This document shows, piece after piece, positions 45,159-57,553 of a stretch of DNA of 64,000 nt. Origin of the DNA: Takakia lepidozioides (taxonomy: Eukaryota > Plantae > Bryophyta); contig CM060732.1 of assembly GCA_030704615.1 (NCBI GenBank), forward strand, positions 69,502,001 through 69,566,000, in the 5' to 3' direction. The notes beneath the pieces are model-generated. The model saw only the letters and a list, made by a program, of their open reading frames with translations. It did no database searches and was not told the origin of the DNA. Made by a program: the position numbers and the translations under genes. Within the stretch, counting starts at the first letter, position 1. Each line of letters begins with the position of its first letter.

Positions 45159-48100
45159 TTACACGATTTGATGAGGAGTTCCTGACGTCAAAAGCCTGGA
45201 ATTACAGAAATTCAGCAGCACAAGTAAGTGATTACAAGCAAACAAACAAATGCTACAACAAAACACCTTGTGGGGATAATTGAGAGACAGAGGGAAGATG
45301 ATGGTGATAAACGACATCTGCCATTCATCATCACATGCCTGAATTGAATGGAGAAAGACAAACTGGGGGAGGGGATAAACTAAAACACATCCACAGCAAC
45401 CTTACACAATCTCCAATTCAGAAGTAAGAAATTAAAAAGAAAGCTCCAGGATAACCAGGGTTTTATAGGTAAAGTGAATTCCTACGCAACTCAGGTAGAC
45501 CATCCTCAATTGGCGGCTTGTAGTGAAGCAGGAGATATTCCTGTGATATTACCACAGGATAACAACAATTCTGGACCAAAAAGAGATGGAGAGAGAGAGA
45601 GAGAGAGGAGAAGCTGGGCTTACTGGTGTTCAGATGGATTAGGCATAGCCTCATATACAATGCTCGCCACCACATCCCTTTTCAGCTGTGGACCCCACAG
45701 ACCCAATGTGGTGGAGGCCCCTTCGTCAGACCAATAGTTACATGTCTATCCTACACCAAAACAACTTACAAGAATATTTAAGTGAAAGTTTCTTACATTG
45801 GTGGCGTCTCCCCGCAATCCAATGTAGTGAATATGTGTTTTGGTAGCTCCAAAATTACCAGGAAAATGTATGGTAAGGCTGGAAACACCCTGAAACCGAG
45901 GGTATCTGGCAGTCAACCAGAGAGGGTCAATGCATGACAGGCAGCACAACCTGCTCCTCAATCTAACTCAGAATTAGAGCAATTGAGATCACTTGGGACC
46001 CTTATGGGAGCCATTGAGCAGGTACCTTAAGGAACCTGAACCCTCTCTTTCCATTCTTCAGAGGCCAAAGGCTCTCCTATGCACAAAGTAATGCAGCATG
46101 CTTTGTTCCTAAGTCTGCATTCTAGTTTGCCACTCCCTCACCCTGTCTGGAGGTTCCCATTAGGGTGTGCAAGCACCATCCAATCAGAAAGCACCCACAT
46201 CCTATCCTAGTCATCTGAAAACTGCAACCAACACGATCATATCAGTGCGTCTCTACCTCTCTGAAGCAAGACTGAGAATGACAACAATGTAGTCAAGGAT
46301 TTACTTGGTAGGATATTCAAGCTCCCCACGATAATTTTCTGCTAATTCCCACTCCTGTGCCCATCATAGAATCACAGCGCAATGGGCTCCATTAAATATT
46401 AGAAACCCTGTTAAACTCTAACCCCCTTGGTTGTTCCAAGAACAAAAATAATTGAGCCTGGATATGTGCATTGCGAGCATGGACCAACTTAGATCTAGGA
46501 ATGAAGGAGAAACAAAACCTGAATTGCTGTCACAGTTCCAGCGGTCAAGAAATCAATATCGTCCCTGTTTATGAAACTGCAACAAAGAAACAAATTCTAA
46601 TCAACCCAGAGCTTTCCTTCCAGTAGGTCACATGGCAATTCGATTTGCTCATAACGCCACTTTTTCCAATACAGAACAACCTCTATGAGTATGACCTCTC
46701 CTCCATTCTGCACTTCAGTAGTGGTGTCTGCTAATGGTCTGCCAATGAATCAAACAGAGTTGCTCACCTCAGTGAGCTGTTGCAATGTTGGAATCATTGG
46801 ATATACAACCTTGGCTAGCAAAAACTTATCTGTACTACTAGTGCACTCTCTAAACAGTTTGGATCAATAGTCGGGGCGCACGAAATGGATTAACATTGAC
46901 CTACACTCTATCAGTTACAATCGACAAGTACATTGATGCCACCCTCCCCGTGCCTAGAAGTGAGGAGTTTTTAGAATCATACACGCGCATCTTGACAGGA
47001 CTGGTGCCTTCTGCACCACCAACCACTGAGATACTCTTGATCTTCACATCCGTAGTGAATCTGCAAGGAATTCTCATCATTATAGCAACCTTACATGATG
47101 AACCACAACACAAAAGAGAAGCTGAATTTAGAGGTACGCAATTTCAGTTGCTCAATACTGTTGAGAACTTCACATCAAGTGAACAATGCAGCAGAGATGT
47201 ACTTATAGACTGTCCCTTCCTTGGCAATGAAAGACCCTCAAGGGCATCGTTGTGGTTGGGTACTTCCCAGAGCTGCTTTTTGGGTTTCAAGTTTCAACCC
47301 GCCAAGGTGTAAGAGACTCATCACAAGAATGCCATTGCTGAAGACCTTCAGATTGGAGGGGAATCGGCCGCTTGATTACGAGCTAGTAAAACATCATGCC
47401 AGCCAATAAGTCCATTCACATAACTTAAAATCTTAAAAGTAAAGACAGACTCTCCAATCCACAAATTAAGCAAACAAGTAGGCAACTGCACTTACGGAAT
47501 GAAGATGATAAGTTCTGGAGGATCGTCATCATCACTCTCCACTGCCTGCAATTTGGGGAAAAGAAATGAGCACATAAGTTGTTTCTAATTCACATAATGC
47601 ACGGCGGTACAAGGCATTCGACCCACAAAGCTCCATGACTTAAACAATAACCCGAAAACGAGAAATGATTTGCACCCAAATCCACTATACTGCAAACTTT
47701 GATTGTCTATCGTACCATGAACAAAAGCTTGAAGCTGCCAAAGTGCAAGTACATCTAAACTTTAAGTGCTGGTGAAAACTCTGGATTTCTTTATCATACA
47801 GTGGTTGCTGAGTGAGCTGTCAGTTGGTTTGTGGTGGCCAAGAAATATAGCTTGCGTGCTGTGCTGATAAATCTTTCCGCCCGGTGTAACTCAGTTCTCT
47901 GACAACCCTTGGCAGTGGAAGAGTACTCAATGCCCCATCGGAATTCTACCGTACTAATCTTTGACTCTTCATAACCTAGATCTGTCGTCAAAAGGTTGAG
48001 AAGGCAAATCTGCTTACGGTTGAGAAATCAAGACGATGCTCCCAGGGTTTGAAAATCGACTTCGCGCTGCCATCTACCGCCTCGTTCAAGGCTTCCACCT

Positions 48101-48470
48101 GGAAACAAAAAGTGTCACAACTTGATTCTCAATTAGATCCTGGAACTAATTAACCGTGATTGGCTTAACCTAAAAACTATCCAAGACGATAAGCATGTCA
48201 ATGTGTGCTTGCACTGGTTCCTGGTCGAATTAGGTCCTGGGCTGTTGATTTTGATCAGAAGCCTTGCACTTGGATATCGTCATTTGCAAGCATTCGACGT
48301 TATTTGTAGAAACGGTTGATGTAAGAGAGAGACGGAACTAAGGGGACGGGCGGACTAAGTGTGAAGGAAAGAGGGAGAAATACCCCAGGCAGATCGATGC
48401 TTTTGAAGAGAGACCAATCAGCCGCACACTCATGCTCCTCACAATCATGCTGATGCGTGCACGACGCCAT
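45159..48470 (-). CDS. PITH domain-containing protein (PITHD1-like), about 9 exons
   Basis: Exons join via GT-AG to give MASCTHQHDCEEHECAADWSLFKSID / VEALNE..SIFKPWE / DDDPPELIIFIP / FTTDVKIKSISVVGG / FINRDDIDF / EWELAEN / YPRFQGVSSLTIHFPGNFG..IHYIGLRG / LKRDVVASIVYEAMPNPSEH. The last exon (45195-45159) is tentative. Confidence 0.88.
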
Positions 48471-49569
48471 AGCTCAGTTCAGCCGGGATGATGACAAAGT
48501 GCAAACTAGAATCCTTACAAGCGGCACTGAAGGGACAGCAGGTCTACAGGTATGCTATTCACAATCTATGAGCGTTTGGGATCTGTTGGAAGCAGGTTAG
48601 AATATGTGACAAGAAACAGGCCACAAGCAATTCACCGATACTGGCAAATTCTGAGACCCCTTAAACAAACAACCGCCAACCATATGGTGATGTACACGTA
48701 CACATTCTTAGCCCTTGGGCTGAAGTCTCGGAAGGAAAATTCACCACAACAGTTTGTGCATTTCCATCCTATATTGGATGCTTTCGTTGAAGGTGATTTG
48801 GGGCCTAGACAACACCAGTGAGGAGTTTGGTGCAGACGTGCTGACTAGGTGGGCTGGCAAAGTGAGGAGAAACATGAAATGCATTTTGCGTCAGTCCATA
48901 AGGTTTCGTCAGGCTCTAGACTTGTTATTCCTGCTCATGAGAACGCCATCATGTCTGGAGACTTACATTCTTCACTGATATGTCACATGGCAAAAACCAA
49001 GGGGCCAAAAACTAAAAGATCTTATAGTAGTCCAAGTCATTACAATGGTGGCCTGTGTAGAAGCTCCATCCAATCTTGTTACCATCCCATTTGCACAATA
49101 TGGTGAGTCTTCTTGGAAAAGGGAAGGCTGAATAGAGCAGTAGTTCCCAACTCTTGCAGGGCCAAGGTGAGAGAGTCCCCGCATGTGTTTAAGAAAACCA
49201 GGTCCAAAAAGATTTTTAGCTTCCCCAGGGCACCCAAGAAGAAGAGCGGCATAAGGCACATTGCAGGAGACTAGCTCCATGTGGTGCACCTGAACTTACA
49301 ACAATGGAGTTTACTCTGGCCTTCAAGCTTCTCCTGCTAAAGGGTTGTTATCAGAGCATCATAAGGTGCACGTATTCACCCAGGCATTATGTCCCGGGTT
49401 TGCCAGCATTTGGTGGCCTCAAGATACACAGCTTTAGTGTGCAACTGTGCAGTGACAATCCAGATGATGTTTTTTGAGTGATGGAGAGAGACACACGCGC
49501 ATCAGTCGACTCCTTATAACTCCTACAGGGAATCGGAGATACACATTAGTTATGTTGCTTATTTCATTA

Positions 49570-52119
49570 TCACCAATAATCCCCGCAAGAACACACTCCA
49601 TTTTTGAAGTGATGAAAGCGGTTGGCATCCCTTGCAACAATTTCTCGCCCAACAATCTTAGAGATGAACTTGGTGGCAGTGTGGCAATCACCACATACCC
49701 GAAGATTCTTGATTATGCGGATAGATGTTCCAGGGGGTGTGCTGATGAGCCCAAAAGCAATGGCTAGCTTTTCACTGTGGTGGCAGAGAGCCTGTTCTTT
49801 CATCTGCTGATCCATATCATGATGCAACACAAAGCGTGTGTCAGGTCTATACCCTGCCACCTTCATCTGCCTGGCCAATCTCTCCAATTCAGCATATATT
49901 TCACCTGTTTGAGGGTGCGACCTATCTTCTACAACAAATGTATGTACTCTGTTCTTTACCTCAATCCAGCTGCGCCCGGCCTCCTTCTTCACCCCTCTGT
50001 CCTTCATTGCTATTCTCACCTTTGCTATATCATCCCACCGGCCAGCTGCAGCATAGATGTTTGAAAGCAGCACATACACTGCAGCATTCAGTGGTTCCAA
50101 CTTGAGGATGCATTCCGCAGCACGTTCTGCTACCTCAACATTGCCATGGATTCTGCAGGCACCAAGCAAGGCTCCCCACACCAAAGCACCTGGTTCGAGT
50201 TTCATATGCTTGATGAAGTTCTCTGCCTCCTCCAAGCGCCCTGCCCGGCCAAGCAGGTCAACCATGCATATACAATGCTGTGCTGTTGGGGTGATGTCGT
50301 GATCTCGACTCATAGAAAGGAAGGCGTGCCGGCCTTCATCAACCAGTCCCACATAACTGCATGCAGAGAGAACACCAATGAAAGTAACCTCATTTGGCTT
50401 CATCCCTTCTGATTGCATCCGATCAAAGAGTTTCAGGGCCTCGTTACCACACCCATGCTGAGCATATCCTCTAATCATCGTATTCCACGACACCACATCT
50501 CGTTCAGGAGTTTCATTAAAAACTTTCAGTGCAACCTCCACACTCCCACACTTTGAATACAGGTCAATAAGGGCATTACATACTCGAACATCTTCCTCCA
50601 ATCCAGATCTGACGATGCCTGCATGCACACACTTGCCCACTTCAAGGGCTGCTAGGCTGGCACATAAATTGATGATAGTGATAAAAGTGACCTTGTCAGG
50701 CTTCACGCCTTCTATTTGCATTTGCTGAAAGAGTTCCAAAGCCTGCTCACCATGATCGTACTGAGCGGCTCCTGCAATCATTGCAGTCCATGAGATCACA
50801 TCTCGCCTATGCATTTTGTCAAATACTTGGCACGCATCCACCACACTTGCGCATCTCCAATACATGCTTACAAGGGCAGTCTCCACTTGGACATCTGACT
50901 CCAATCCAGCTTTGATGATGCCTGCATGGATCTGCTTGCCCTGTTCCAAAGCTTCTGGGACAGCACATGCACTGAGGATGCTAAGGAAAGTGACCTTGCT
51001 TGCTTTCATGCCTTCTTGTTCCATTTTCTGAAAGAGGGAAAAGGCCTCTTTAACTAGTCCTTGCTGAGCTAATCCTGCAATCATCACATTCCATGCGATA
51101 ACATCTCGGTTCGGCATTTTGTCAAAAACTTGTTGTGCATCCTCCACACTCCCACACTTGCAGTACATGCTGACAAGGGCAGTTCCCACTCGGACATCTG
51201 CCTCAAATCCAGATCTGCTGATGAGAACATGGACCCCCTTGCCCTGTAACAGAGCTGCTGGGATGGCACATGCAGTGAGGATGCTAATGTAAGTGATCTT
51301 ATCTGCCTTTCCGCCATCTTGTTGCATTTGGCGAAAGATATCAAACGCCTCTGCACCCTGCCCTTGCTGAGCTAATCCTGCGATCATTGCATTCCATGTG
51401 ATCACATCTCGCTTGGGCATTTTGTCAAACACTTCACGCCCATCAGTGACACTTCCACACTTGCAATACATGCTGACAAGGGCATTCCCCACTCCAACAT
51501 CCAAGTCCAACCCAGTTTTTCTTATCCTTGCATGGAGACGCTTGCCCTGTTCCAGTGCTACTGAACTGGAACATGCACTCAGAATGCTCATGAAAGTGAC
51601 CTTGTTTGGCTCCACGCCTTCTCGTTGCATCTCCCAGAAGAGTTCAAGTGCGTCTTCAGCATGCCCCTGCTTAGCTAATCCTGCAATCATTGCAGTCCAG
51701 GAGATCACATTCCGTTTATCCATTTTATTGAACACTTGGTGTGCCTCCATAACACTTCCGCACTTGCAATACATACTGAGAAGGGTGTTTCCTAGAGACA
51801 TGCTTAGCTCAAATCTGCTTTTGATGATGTGGGCATGAACACCCCTAACATCTGCCAGGGCCTTTGTCTTCGCGTATGCTTGCAGGAGTCGTGCACATGC
51901 ATCAGAATATTCAGAAAAGCCTCGTTGCTCCATCAAATCCAACAGGTGGTATGCCTCCTTCGATCGTCTCTCCTTGCACAATGTGCTCACATCCGCACTA
52001 GTTCCACAGGGGTCCTTGCTGCTCTCCTTTGCTGTTGCTTTTTGCCCTCCAATATTTTGAATGGTGGAGGACGTGCTAAGGTTTATAGCATTGCACAGAC
52101 TCCCATACCCAACAAACAA
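49570..52119 (-). CDS. PLS-class PPR protein with E1/E2/DYW domains (organellar C-to-U RNA editing factor)
   Basis: About 17 regular P-L-S motifs, HHSEKLAIAFGL, KNLRVCGDCH, terminal CSCGDYW; intronless; true start codon uncertain. Confidence 0.96.
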   Translation of the reverse strand: MFVGYGSLCNAINLSTSSTIQNIGGQKATAKESSKDPCGTSADVSTLCKERRSKEAYHLLDLMEQRGFSEYSDACARLLQAYAKTKALADVRGVHAHIIKSRFELSMSLGNTLLSMYCKCGSVMEAHQVFNKMDKRNVISWTAMIAGLAKQGHAEDALELFWEMQREGVEPNKVTFMSILSACSSSVALEQGKRLHARIRKTGLDLDVGVGNALVSMYCKCGSVTDGREVFDKMPKRDVITWNAMIAGLAQQGQGAEAFDIFRQMQQDGGKADKITYISILTACAIPAALLQGKGVHVLISRSGFEADVRVGTALVSMYCKCGSVEDAQQVFDKMPNRDVIAWNVMIAGLAQQGLVKEAFSLFQKMEQEGMKASKVTFLSILSACAVPEALEQGKQIHAGIIKAGLESDVQVETALVSMYWRCASVVDACQVFDKMHRRDVISWTAMIAGAAQYDHGEQALELFQQMQIEGVKPDKVTFITIINLCASLAALEVGKCVHAGIVRSGLEEDVRVCNALIDLYSKCGSVEVALKVFNETPERDVVSWNTMIRGYAQHGCGNEALKLFDRMQSEGMKPNEVTFIGVLSACSYVGLVDEGRHAFLSMSRDHDITPTAQHCICMVDLLGRAGRLEEAENFIKHMKLEPGALVWGALLGACRIHGNVEVAERAAECILKLEPLNAAVYVLLSNIYAAAGRWDDIAKVRIAMKDRGVKKEAGRSWIEVKNRVHTFVVEDRSHPQTGEIYAELERLARQMKVAGYRPDTRFVLHHDMDQQMKEQALCHHSEKLAIAFGLISTPPGTSIRIIKNLRVCGDCHTATKFISKIVGREIVARDANRFHHFKNGVCSCGDYW

Positions 52120-55100
52120 CTGGGTCTGATTCCAGATTTGAAACCCTACTGCCCTGCATGGTAAACATCCAGAATATTAATGCCTACTTCCGGGCTTCTT
52201 TTTTCACAACCTCTGGGTAGGCTCTGGCCATCCTCACCTCTTAAGTTACAGGTTACATCAGTCTGTTTTACTCTACAAACAAGAGGGATGGAAGTAGAGC
52301 ATACCAAGCACTCCAGATTTTCCTTCGAAATTCCATCCCAGCAACACCAGATGCTATAGCATGAGCACCAAGAATTTCAAATTTGGAGAGACAAAATTCG
52401 GTGCATCTTGTTTACAGCACAGCCAGATCACGATGGAGCAACAATGACACTTTGATGCGTCGAGCTGAATCATTGGATTGACAAGTACAAAGTCTGTAAG
52501 GAGCTCAGAGATTTCTCCAGACACCGATGAACTTGACACTAGCCAGGAGAGAGAGAGAGAGACACCAACACACAGGTGCATGGAGAAACCACAATACAGA
52601 GATAAGATTGCATAGATTGATAAGAAGGAGATGGTCCTGTATTATGGAGAGACAGAAAGCAGAAGAAAGAGAAACATCATCTAATCAGTACGCAGTCTTG
52701 TGACCATAGACTCCACACCCATGTTTGGGCATGAATGAGCTTTCACACAGATGGCCTCCACAGTACCGTAACAATTAAGGAGACTTACTTAACTGGATGA
52801 CTAGCAACTACATGGCACATGCAAAATGATGTGATAAACACATTAGCAGTCGTGTTAATCTGAAGGCATCAAATACCACTGCTATTAAACTTAATAAAAT
52901 TGGACCTACTGAGGTATTTCCAAAATTCAACAACAGTGGTGATCTCTTCAAAAAGTACAGTGTCAGTTAATGTTACACTTGTATTTCAGAACAGGTACAA
53001 TCAGGCAAATGAGAAATCATTGGCTGGAAGGATCAGCACCCAACCAAAGGGATCCATAGCTGCACAGTCTCTTCCTGCCCAAAGCCTAGACCATGAAGCC
53101 TTTGACTCTCTGAAAATGAGCACGCTTTTACAGCTCCCATATCCACCTGCCATCACAAAGAAAGGCAGCACACAGCAGTGTGTGCTATTTAGGTGACACT
53201 TGCTGTGGCCACAGGTTACAAATTAGCAGCCCAGCAAACATATAGAATCCTCCTCATGTACACCCATGAACATGCCACATGAAAGGGAAAGGGCCACAGG
53301 ATGATGGAGTAAGCCACCTACCGCACAGTGCAAGCACAAACTTTTCTTTACAAGAGAAAGGAGGGCGCACCATTTGAGTAGCTTCCGGACAGAAAAGAAA
53401 GAAAGGGCAGCCGTGCAGATAAGCCTCATGCTGTATGTGCTCTGCCATTCGAATTTTCATGCACCAGCCCATGCACCTTCTCTAGGATACAGCTCCAGCA
53501 TTAGAACATCACCTACTTCAATCTGGGCAGTCCAACTAGATGACGATCTTGCACATAATTGTAATAACTTCCCTTGAATTTCAGAATGATAATCAGTGAA
53601 GACAAACCCTACAAGGAACTACTGACTTCATTCCAACTCCATGTAATCTCAACCAATCCATGAACTCTCCATGTCCTGTTCATAAGACGATACTCAGGGT
53701 TTGTGCACATATCAAGAATAAATAATCTGAGCCAGACACCAATCAACTTTATATTACGCATGTGTGCCCAACTTCATTTTTGCAAGATGACATCTGCACA
53801 AACAAACCACTCTTTACATACTTCTTGAACCCTAAACCCTCACAGCAGGGACTGGCAGATTAGGATCTAGCAGCCCCGTAATTTGAAACTGTCTGTCATT
53901 GATCAGAAACCTCCCACCGCATTAGCTCAGTTGCTATCCACAGTCGTAAGATCCAACCGGGATCCAATGTCCTGCGTAGATTGTGGGACAGGAAACATAA
54001 GGAGGTGCTCACCTGGTGATTGCAGCACAACTCGCCCAGCGACCCACAATGCAACACTACAGGCAAGAGACCAGCGGCATCTCAAGTGATTCCCAGCACA
54101 CAATCTGGCTTCCGCACCATCTCTCGCTCCCTTTCTGTCATCGCTACCTCCTCCTGAGCTCCGAAGCCCACAACCTCATTCCTAAGGATGCCCTGCAACT
54201 TCTAACGTACTTAAACCCCAGCTTCAACGGTGTAGCAGAAAGAAGTTTTTTAATACATCCTACCTTACTGCTTGAGACGCATCTCGGAAAGAGCGATCTC
54301 TTCCCTGCACCGACATCCCTAAAAACAAACCTCAACGCTTCATTGTTTTCAACCCCAAAGAGACTTTCCCTATTACCCAGTTTTTGTTCTAGCGACGACC
54401 GAAGGTCGGAAGCTAGTTTAGCGTAGAGCAGGAATAGGGTGCCATAGTGCCTCGTCATCGTCGCGACGTCATCGTCGCCATGTCATCTTCGCCACGTCAT
54501 CATCGCCATGTCATCTCCTCCACGTCATCGTAGCCATGTCATCTTCGCCACATCATCATCATCAATTTTCTTGGATCCTGCCCGGACTGCCCGGACTCCC
54601 CCTGAATACCCTCTTGATCTTCTTGTTCTTGAACTGTCTAAACGGCATGAGAGAGGCGTGCGCGGGGAAGGGATGCCCTATGTCTTTGAGCGCGGAGGGG
54701 TTTCACACACCGATCTCAGGGGGAGATCCTACATGGTGGATGATGCGCAACCTTTTTCACAGATAACAGAGACGATGTGGCGTGAGCCCACGCTCATGCC
54801 ACATCAGCGTGAGCGGATGCCACATCAGCATGAGCGAAGGCCATGTCAGCAAATGCCACAAGACGGGCGGTCGAAGGACTGTCAACTACTGACCTTTGCT
54901 GCAAACAAGACGACCCTAAAATATCCACTGAAAGTGGTGTGAGAGAAAATAAAACCCCCTTAAGAACCCCCTAAGAAAACCCAAAAAACCCAAAAAACCT
55001 GAAAAACATTCAGTGGCAATATCTGCAGGAAAAAAAAACACTAAAAACCCTAAAGACACCCCAAAAAAACCCTAATTACCCATCCACTAAACCACCTTCC

Positions 55101-55214
55101 CCTTAATTACTAATCTTCATTGTGCCCATTGTCAATAATATCGTAGCAATCGGTTGGATCCTTGACAACTGTGCTCTTCATATAACCTTGTCACTGGCAT
55201 GCCTACAGGGACAT

Positions 55215-55737
55215 CATGTCCGTGGTACAAGGGTGATCCCCCATGAGGTCACGTACATTTGTGTTCTCAAGGCCTATGCCGGCCTAGCAGCTCTTGAAGA
55301 AGGCACAGAGGTCTATGCTGACGTCCTCAAAGCTGGAATTGTGCCTGATTATATCATAGAGACTGCCCTTTGTCAACATGTATGTCAATGCGGGAGCTTT
55401 AAAGAGTGCACGTCAAGTATTCAACGATATGGCTCAACGACACGTGGTCTTATGGAGCACCATGATGGCAGGATATGGCCAACATGGGTGTGGTCGAGAG
55501 GCCCTCGTACTATTTGAACAAATGCAACATGACGGGTTGAAACCCGATAGTATCACATTTCTCTGTCTTCTCTCTGCATGTAGCTAGGCAGGCCTGGTGG
55601 ATAAAGGCAGCCACTATTACTCGATTGCATGAGTCAAGATCATGGCCTTACTCCTGGAGTGGAGTGGAGCATTTTGGCTGCATGATGGATCTTCTTAGCC
55701 GTGCAGGACGTTTGGATGATGTCCACAAAATGTCATA
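55215..55737 (+). pseudogene. Decayed PLS PPR fragment
   Basis: VTYICVLKAYAGLAALEEG, MYVNAGALKSARQVF..WSTMMAGYGQHG..PDSITFLCLLSACS*, MDLLSRAGRL; stops and frameshifts. Confidence 0.85.
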
Positions 55738-56108
55738 GTTGGTGAACAGAGGTGCAGGGACTAAGGTCTTGATGGTCCTCAAGAGGGTCACTCTCTGATG
55801 AAAATACCCAGGACTGTGTATCAGGAAATGGAAACTGTCTTCAGGCCTCCTGCACATCGGGCACTGACGATGTCCCTTTCCTCTCTGCATCTCTTTATTG
55901 TTCAAAGTGAGATTCCACACCCTGAGCTTAAATTTCAGTCTGGTGCCAAGGGTAGGTAGGCCCTTCAGATCAGGGATGGAGAGGACCTACTCATAATAGA
56001 CGCGTGCCTAGTTTGGGCAGAACAAGAGGGAACTCAGGGACGCAGAGAATGTACTCATGAGACTTTGTTTGTTGTAGCGTTGTGGCCATAGACCCCGTGC
56101 CCAGTTTG
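55738..56108 (-). mobile_element. LINE 3' fragments (same family as 27990-30178), rearranged
   Basis: 55738-55975 is reverse-complement similar to ~29680-29915 (CPMC..FHFLIH); 56050-56108 matches the 3' tail at 30120-30178. Confidence 0.8.
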
Positions 56109-56551
56109 GTCGGAAGTCAGGGATGGAGAGAGAGAGAAAACAAAATAGAATGGGTGATATATTTGTTGAAGTTAGGATAAAGCAGAAAAGGTAGGCTAGA
56201 GGGTGGAGAGGGTTAGATAGTTATGTGCCTTCAACGATGAAGCTAATTTTGTACTTGCAGATATCCAAGAATTTTTGTACGAGAGGATAGACTTTCCAAG
56301 AGATGGCCTTATTGACAATTCCTTGTGAATTTTGCTATGACTTAGCTTGAGGCCATACTTGTGGTGCTCCCAGTGGGAATTCAGCTAGCTAATTAGAGCA
56401 GTCATGTAAGTTGACAACAATTTGGTTACGTGGAAACTGACTGATGTATAGGCCAGTGCTGCCATCATACTAAAAAAGAATTAGCTTCCTTAGCTCAATG
56501 GCAGTCACTCCTTCGGTGTTGTCCGTCTTGTAGGTCTCATGGCCCGTAACA

Positions 56552-56746
56552 TGGCTCGTAGCTCAGCTGGTAAGTGCAAGTGTGAACCCGCTACCCTGCC
56601 CCGTGTGTGGGTGTGTGGGATTGTTCGTGACGATATGCCTGGCGTAAATGAAAGGGGGTTAATTTTTCCCCCTCCTCAAGGGCCTGAATTGTGGGCTGTC
56701 GCCCCTCCCAGGTTTCTTTTAAAAATAAAAGATAAAATAAAATAAA
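56552..56746 (+). mobile_element. tRNA-derived SINE-like repeat
   Basis: tRNA-like head with A-box TAGCTCAGCTGG (56559-56570); body shared with 26500-26680; A-rich tail. Confidence 0.6.
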
Positions 56747-57109
56747 GGTGAAAAGGCTCCAAAAAGAACAAGGGATTGAGGACAGAGATTACCTAAATCT
56801 AGACAAAGTACTGGTCATAACATCATATACCTATGTTATGTCATACTTTATGCTGTTTTTTATGTTTTTCGCAGAGTATATATTCCCAATCAAAAGAATG
56901 ATTGTTCTCATAAGTTGTCGCTAGTGCGGAGCAACGCGAAGCCTAGTTATATATCAAAAAAGGACAGTTAGCCAACAAGCCATAGGGTGTGGTTTGGTGG
57001 TAGGTGGCTGATGATGGAACTCTGATGGTTTCGAGTTCCACTTCCCTTGAATTATTAGTACGGTTGGGTGGCTGGCGCCGCTTATTACCACCTCCATGGA
57101 GGTAGCTTT

Positions 57110-57553
57110 CAGTGTTGGTCTGGTATAATAGGTGAAGGACTGGTATAAAGTATTGGTATATGCACCGGTATTAGACAACCAGACCAGTCTGGTATCATTT
57201 GGGGGATACTTGATATACCAGACCAGGCTGGTATCAGTTTTTTCATACCAGCCAAAATACCAATAATCCCCCGTCTTCCTCATTTACTCTGGTATGTATG
57301 CTATATTAATTTATGTATATATATGCCTACATACTTGTACTTATGTATAGATAAACTTGTCATTCAAGATGGCTTTGGAATGATACCAGAATTGATATCT
57401 CATACCATCTGGCCTTGTGGTCATGATAGTCATACTTATACCAGTATCTGGACAGAAATACATCCACCATTATATAGACTAGACTGGTATGAAAGTTTTT
57501 GTGATATGTCTGGTATCAGGACCAGTCTAGCATGTCCTAAACCTGATACACTG
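57110..57553. mobile_element. hAT-type MITE
   Basis: CAGTGTTGG ... ACACTG termini, perfect 8-bp TSD GTAGCTTT (57102-57109, 57554-57561), internal CTGGTAT/ATACCAG repeats. Confidence 0.85.

Noticed and set aside
54016-54942. ORFs of 104-144 aa between the PPR gene and the PPR remnant
   Set aside because: No domain similarity that I recognise; partly made of simple CATCGTCGC repeats.
56552-56600. tRNA gene
   Set aside because: Only the 5' A-box region is tRNA-like; there is no cloverleaf and it continues into a SINE-like body and A tail.
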